32,000 nucleotides of DNA from Candidatus Thorarchaeota archaeon (lineage in GTDB: Archaea > Asgardarchaeota > Thorarchaeia > Thorarchaeales > Thorarchaeaceae), in NCBI GenBank assembly GCA_008080745.1, contig SHMX01000005.1, forward strand, positions 90,001 to 122,000. Reading direction: 5' to 3'. Below the pieces are notes generated by a model. The model did not search any database and was not told the DNA's origin. It saw only the letters and a program-made list of their open reading frames with translations. Position numbers and translations under genes: made by a program. Below, in pieces: positions 27,311 through 32,000 of the stretch. Within the stretch, counting starts at the first letter, position 1; each line of letters starts with the position of its first letter.

Positions 27311-28474
27311 TTGTTGAGGATTATGATGATATGTGATTTCTTTCCAACCTATGGCACTAAATCTGTCAACACCCTTGCTAATATTCTTGGAGAACGCGGA
27401 CATGAGGTACTAGTTGTTTCTACCTCTGTAGGAATAAAAGGTGAAAAACTCCCATCTGCATCTAAGGGTCAATATAAGTTAATTAGAGTACCTTCTATCC
27501 CGATCTTTCATCTACCATATTCTATCACCCCAAAAGCAAAATCACATTTGCTAAAAATCGCACATTCTTTTCAACCTGATATAATCCACAGCCATTTCAT
27601 CATATATTGGCTGAGTCTTTCATCTTCCATTTTCAAAAATCGAGAAACCCCTCTTATAGTAACACTACATGGTCTGACTCTTCCTCAAGATGTTTCAAGC
27701 TGGCCACTTCAGGAGGCCTTCAAAATCTTGTATAGGACCAAAGCTAAAGATTTAGTTGAATCCTCCTCTCATGTGTTATGTGTTTCTAAATTAGTAGAGG
27801 AGAAATTCAGAAGTCTTTATACCGACAAATCTATCTCCCACTCTGTAATTCCCATTGGAATCGATACAGAGTCTCTTGATGCTACTGTAAATATACCCTC
27901 CAAAAAACTTCAAGAAGTGATGAATCTCGGAGGAAAAAGAGTTTTCATCTATCTTGGACGTGTTGTAAAAGACAAGGGAATTTTTGATTTGGTCAGAGCA
28001 TTTGAATATGTTCGGTCGCTACGAGATGATGTTGCTCTAGTCATTGTTGGTGATGGAGATGCTCTACGTGTTCTGAAAGAGGTGGGACAAAATATACCTG
28101 ATCTGCATATTATCGGTTTTCAGACTGATATTGGATCGTATCTTTCGATAGGAAATGTTTTTGTTTCTCCATCATATCGTGAAGGTCTCTCTACGGCATT
28201 ACTAGAGGCGATGTATTTTCAATTACCTTTCGTTACAACCATGGTTGGAGGAGTAAGGGATATACTAGATTATGGGGGATTCGGTTGGATTGTTCCTAAA
28301 GGCTCTGTAGATGCTTTAGCTAAGACTCTGTATGACATATGCGATATGTCTGATATAGATCTCTTGGAAATCGGACAAAAAAACAAACAAGTTGTGCTAG
28401 AGAACTTCACTTGGAATAAAATTGTGGGCCAATTAGAAATATTCTATAAAAAAATGAAGGACGATGCCACGTGA
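27311..28474 (+). CDS. Glycosyltransferase family 4
   Basis: Motifs RIMMICDFFP, IIHSH, VTLHG, YLGRVVKDKG and EX7E (EGLSTALLE). TTG start after GAGGGA. Confidence 0.92.
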   Translation: MLRIMMICDFFPTYGTKSVNTLANILGERGHEVLVVSTSVGIKGEKLPSASKGQYKLIRVPSIPIFHLPYSITPKAKSHLLKIAHSFQPDIIHSHFIIYWLSLSSSIFKNRETPLIVTLHGLTLPQDVSSWPLQEAFKILYRTKAKDLVESSSHVLCVSKLVEEKFRSLYTDKSISHSVIPIGIDTESLDATVNIPSKKLQEVMNLGGKRVFIYLGRVVKDKGIFDLVRAFEYVRSLRDDVALVIVGDGDALRVLKEVGQNIPDLHIIGFQTDIGSYLSIGNVFVSPSYREGLSTALLEAMYFQLPFVTTMVGGVRDILDYGGFGWIVPKGSVDALAKTLYDICDMSDIDLLEIGQKNKQVVLENFTWNKIVGQLEIFYKKMKDDAT

Positions 28475-28511
28475 CAATCTTTATCTTTGCTGATTTTTCC
28501 CACGGTTTGAA

Positions 28512-28520
28512 TTATATAAA
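28512..28520 (+). promoter_or_regulatory. TATA-box-like element upstream of the SDR gene
   Basis: TTATATAAA centred about 26 nt upstream of ATG 28542. Confidence 0.4.
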
Positions 28521-28541
28521 TTGAATAATGGTGGACAATCT

Positions 28542-29510
28542 ATGCGTATATTGGTTACTGGCGGGGCTGGGTATTTAGGGTCTATTTTGGTACGTCGATT
28601 ACTTGATGGTGGCCATCAAGTTCGTGTCTTGGATAAACTGCTCTTTGGAAATGACTCCCTAGTTGGTTTAGAAGGGACCTGGGGATTTCAGCTATATCAT
28701 GGTGATGTGACTAACGTAAAAGATGTCACTGCCGCAATGAACGACATAGACGCTGTAATCGATTTAGCTGCAATCGTGGGGGACCCAGCGTGTAAAATCA
28801 ACGAAGACCTTACAATTCAAACCAATTACTGGGCTACCCATTTGCTGGCTGAGGTAGCACAAGCCAAGGGAATATCCAAATTCCTTTTTGCCTCGACGTG
28901 TAGTGTCTATGGCAAAAGTTCCGGTTCCGCTGATGAAGATGGAGAAACTAATCCATTATCACTCTATGCAAAGACAAAGTTGGACTCGGAAGGTGTGATT
29001 AAGAAATTTAGCAACGGGATGGGCGGTAGAGTTCTTCGACTGGCTACTCTATGTGGGCCATCCTATCGGATGAGATTTGATCTAGTACTGAACATCATGA
29101 CTGCAAAAGCTTGTATTGACGGTAAAGTTCAAGTATTTGGTGGTGAACAAATTCGCCCATTACTTGATGTTCGAGATGCAGCAAAAGCATTTCAATATCT
29201 TTTAGAAAACTCGGATTCGAGTGATTATTATGTATTTAACATCGGTTCTAACTCATCCAACACATCGATTGCAAATCTTGGTGAATTGGTGGTAAATACC
29301 GTGGGGAATAGTGAATTGACCCATATTCCTGAGGTATCTGATGCACGATCGTACCGAGTAGATTTTTCAAGAATCAAAGATATTGGATTTACTCCTGATT
29401 ATTCCTTGGAGGATAGCATACACGGAATAGTTGAATTATTCAAGGATGGCACCATCACTGATTATACTAATCCACGGTATCACAATGCCAAACAGGACTA
29501 CCAAAACTAA
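28542..29510 (+). CDS. NAD-dependent epimerase/dehydratase (extended SDR), specificity unknown
   Basis: Motifs TGGAGYLGS, LAAIVGD, ASTCSVYG, YAKTK and RLATLCG..RMRFDL. ATG 28542 has GGTGGA upstream. Confidence 0.88.
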   Translation: MRILVTGGAGYLGSILVRRLLDGGHQVRVLDKLLFGNDSLVGLEGTWGFQLYHGDVTNVKDVTAAMNDIDAVIDLAAIVGDPACKINEDLTIQTNYWATHLLAEVAQAKGISKFLFASTCSVYGKSSGSADEDGETNPLSLYAKTKLDSEGVIKKFSNGMGGRVLRLATLCGPSYRMRFDLVLNIMTAKACIDGKVQVFGGEQIRPLLDVRDAAKAFQYLLENSDSSDYYVFNIGSNSSNTSIANLGELVVNTVGNSELTHIPEVSDARSYRVDFSRIKDIGFTPDYSLEDSIHGIVELFKDGTITDYTNPRYHNAKQDYQN

Positions 29511-29543
29511 GTATTCAATCCTTTCCTCTAAGGAGACCAGAAA

Positions 29544-30884
29544 ATGAAAACAACTCTACGAGAAACCGTGTACATTCGTATGTATGAGCTTGTAACTCGT
29601 AGAAATATCTGGAAACCCCTCAAATCACTTTCAGAATCTCAATGGTACACTCCGAAAGAGATCAGACAGCTCCAAGAGGAGAAACTCCTCCTTCTTATGC
29701 ACCATGCTTATGAAACTGTTCCCTGGTATAGAAAGGTCTTCAATCAAATGGATATTTACTCCCCTAAACAAATATCTATTGAAAGCTTCGAAGAAATGCC
29801 CATACTGAAAAAACGGATTCTTCAACTTCACTACCCCCAAAAATTACTCTCCAGACATTTTGATAGACAGGGTGGGTTTGAGGACCGAACGGGAGGTACA
29901 ACGGGTGGTCCAACTAGATATTTTGTTGGTCCAAAAGCAGCAGGCTATCGAGCTGCCAATGCGACGAGAAACCAACACTGGTATAATTACTTTCATGGGC
30001 AAAGCAATGCCCTCATATGGGGTGCGGAACGCGATCTATCATCCGATAATATACAGTCTCGAATTTTTCAGCAGCTAAGTCTCAATCGAATTGAAATGAA
30101 TGCATGGGATATGACTGAAACGCAGATGCGTAAATTTGCTATAAAGGTACAAAAACAAAGACCAAGAATTTTAGCTGGCTACGCGGGTGCTGTAGCTATA
30201 TTCGCAAAATTCACTCTAGAGAACAACATTGATTTGAAATTTGATAGTGGCATTGTAGTTTCAGGTGAATTACTGACCGATCAAAATAGAGAAATTATTG
30301 AAACCGCATTTGGTTCAAAAATCTTTAACCGATATGGTACGCGAGAGTTTGGTTCTATTGCACACGAATGTTCTTGCCACGATGGTCTTCATATTAATGG
30401 TGAGAGCTTCATAATAGAACAAGGCGAAAAATACGATGATGGTTATTCTCTATTAGTAACTGATCTGAATAATTTCGCTATGCCAATGATCCGTTATGAG
30501 ATTGGGGATGTTGGTCTTCTATCTACTAGAAAATGTAAATGCGGTCGAGGGCTTCCTCTTCTCGAAACCATTTTAGGTAGAACCACAAGTTACATCATCA
30601 CCCCTCAAGGCTCTTATGTTAATGGAATCGTCTTCCCTCATCTTCTTCGCGATTATGGCGAGATTCTAGAATTTAGAGTAATTCAACAAAATATTGATGA
30701 AATTGATATCTTTTTAGTATTAAAGAACCCTCTAGATGAAAAGCAAAAAGAGAGCATTCGAAGACGTCTGAGCAATTTCCTCCAATCAATTAGAATCAAT
30801 CTTATTGAAGTTGACAAGATATCTCTTGCAGATTCGGGAAAGAGAGATCTTGTGACCTCCAAGCTTGTCTTGGAAATGGATTAG
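29544..30884 (+). CDS. PaaK/CapK-like adenylate-forming ligase, paralog of 17128..18531
   Basis: Motifs HAYETVPWYR, P-loop RTGGTTGGP, RYGTREFG, AMPMIRYEIGD, GRT, FRVIQ and C-terminal GKR. AAGGAG lies upstream. Confidence 0.88.
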   Translation: MKTTLRETVYIRMYELVTRRNIWKPLKSLSESQWYTPKEIRQLQEEKLLLLMHHAYETVPWYRKVFNQMDIYSPKQISIESFEEMPILKKRILQLHYPQKLLSRHFDRQGGFEDRTGGTTGGPTRYFVGPKAAGYRAANATRNQHWYNYFHGQSNALIWGAERDLSSDNIQSRIFQQLSLNRIEMNAWDMTETQMRKFAIKVQKQRPRILAGYAGAVAIFAKFTLENNIDLKFDSGIVVSGELLTDQNREIIETAFGSKIFNRYGTREFGSIAHECSCHDGLHINGESFIIEQGEKYDDGYSLLVTDLNNFAMPMIRYEIGDVGLLSTRKCKCGRGLPLLETILGRTTSYIITPQGSYVNGIVFPHLLRDYGEILEFRVIQQNIDEIDIFLVLKNPLDEKQKESIRRRLSNFLQSIRINLIEVDKISLADSGKRDLVTSKLVLEMD

Positions 30885-30905
30885 GACTAAGTGGTGTTAT
30901 GAATA

Positions 30906-32000
30906 ATGAAACAGATTTCAGTAGGTCGTTTTTGCACTCGTATTTTTCCTGACAGAGGGGGACCTGCAAAACACGCTCACAAATTGTCAGAGGCATTGGA
31001 ACATATTGGGGTTAAAAATTGTGTTATTGCTAGCAAGTATTGTAAGAAAAGGAGTGCTGATAGAATATACTCCTTTCATCCTTTACCCATTTGTTCACCA
31101 TCAACTCAAACCAATCCACTATCAATGCTCCTATTTACACTCAGCTTCTTTGTTCTCGGTATTCTCTATTCTCTGGTTTATTTTCTTCGTTCAAGAGTAG
31201 ATTTGATACACGCACACAGTCCAGCCATTTCAGGAATTATTTCTTTAGCAGTTTCGAAAATACTCAGAAAACCCCTTATCATCACCATTCATGGATTTGC
31301 AGGTCCCAAACTATCCTGGGCCCCCAACTCTGGCAGCTATATTGAATTTCTTCTGGAAAAAACTGTACTTAGAAATGCAGATCACGTAATTACGGTATCT
31401 CCAGATTATCGGCATCTAATCGAACTCTATTCTCCTCAAACATCGTATTCTATCATCGGTAATGGTGTTGATATTGAATACTTCTCTCCCGCATCAGGAG
31501 ATGATGAGAAGAAAAAACTATTACTCGAATTAGGATTAGACGAATCCTCTGATATTGTAACTTGGGTGGGAAATCTGAATCTAGAAGAAAAAGTTCGTGG
31601 TGTTAGAGATCTAATCCAAGCCATTGATATTTTGGTGAATCTGAGAAAGATTGATTGTGATGTTTTGCTTGTTGGGGGTGGAACTCACATTGATCAGATT
31701 TCAGCATTGATTAATCAATATAATCTTGAACAGTCGGTTCACTTACTTGGATTCCGCGATGATATTCAAACAATATTGCAGGCGTCGGATATTTTCGTAC
31801 TACCATCTCATCATGAGGGCTCTCCTAATTCTTTGCTTGAGGCTCTTTCTTGTGGCGTAGTTTCTATTGCAACTCATGTTGGTGGGGTTCCTAGAATATT
31901 GGGGGACACGGGATATCTTTTCAGACCTGGTGACTCCGAAACGCTGGCAAGACATCTACAGCATATGCTTGCGAATCCCGATGATCGACATCAGCTCTCA
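30906..32000 (+). CDS. Glycosyltransferase family 4, 3'-truncated by the window edge (absent from the ORF track)
   Basis: Manual translation from ATG 30906 is stop-free to 32000: FPDRGGPAKH, IHAHSP, TIHG, NGVD, GFRDD and EX7E (EGSPNSLLE). GGTG lies upstream. Confidence 0.9.
   Translation, partial: MKQISVGRFCTRIFPDRGGPAKHAHKLSEALEHIGVKNCVIASKYCKKRSADRIYSFHPLPICSPSTQTNPLSMLLFTLSFFVLGILYSLVYFLRSRVDLIHAHSPAISGIISLAVSKILRKPLIITIHGFAGPKLSWAPNSGSYIEFLLEKTVLRNADHVITVSPDYRHLIELYSPQTSYSIIGNGVDIEYFSPASGDDEKKKLLLELGLDESSDIVTWVGNLNLEEKVRGVRDLIQAIDILVNLRKIDCDVLLVGGGTHIDQISALINQYNLEQSVHLLGFRDDIQTILQASDIFVLPSHHEGSPNSLLEALSCGVVSIATHVGGVPRILGDTGYLFRPGDSETLARHLQHMLANPDDRHQLS

Noticed and set aside
17128-30884. 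Phenylacetate catabolism (paaK) as the function of the two ligases
   Set aside because: No other paa genes are present and the context is entirely glycan biosynthesis, so the gene symbol was withheld.
391-31624. The many 60-145 aa ORFs overlapping or antisense to the long CDSs
   Set aside because: They are shadow ORFs of well-supported genes with no family motifs.
1-32000. CRISPR array, tRNA/rRNA, transposase or integrase
   Set aside because: No regularly spaced repeats, cloverleaf with T-loop consensus, or recombinase motifs were seen, and nearly all sequence is explained by CDS.

Overview
The whole 32-kb window is an AT-rich, gene-dense surface-glycan biosynthesis locus with 24 CDS; the first and last are cut by the window edges. 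It encodes 8 GT4 glycosyltransferases, 1 GT2 polyprenol-phosphate glycosyltransferase, 3 large GT-C-like polytopic membrane proteins, 2 Wzx-type flippases, UDP-glucose 6-dehydrogenase, 2 NAD-dependent epimerases/dehydratases, a DegT-family aminotransferase and a WecD-like GNAT. It also encodes 2 PaaK/CapK-like adenylate-forming ligases and a divergent bacterial-type alanine dehydrogenase. An archaeal host is inferred from GGTG(A)-type ribosome-binding sites, TATA-like boxes, many TTG/GTG/CTG starts and N-glycosylation-sequon-rich extracellular domains. An Asgard-type lineage is possible but cannot be shown from this window. The best candidate for an undescribed system is a glycan-tailoring module in which an AlaDH-like enzyme and CapK-like ligases, with the GNAT and aminotransferase, add an amino acid or acyl group to uronic-acid or amino sugars. 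Next to it is a tail-to-tail pair of paralogous GT-C enzymes sharing an exact 20-nt inverted repeat. I saw no rRNA, tRNA, CRISPR array or transposase.
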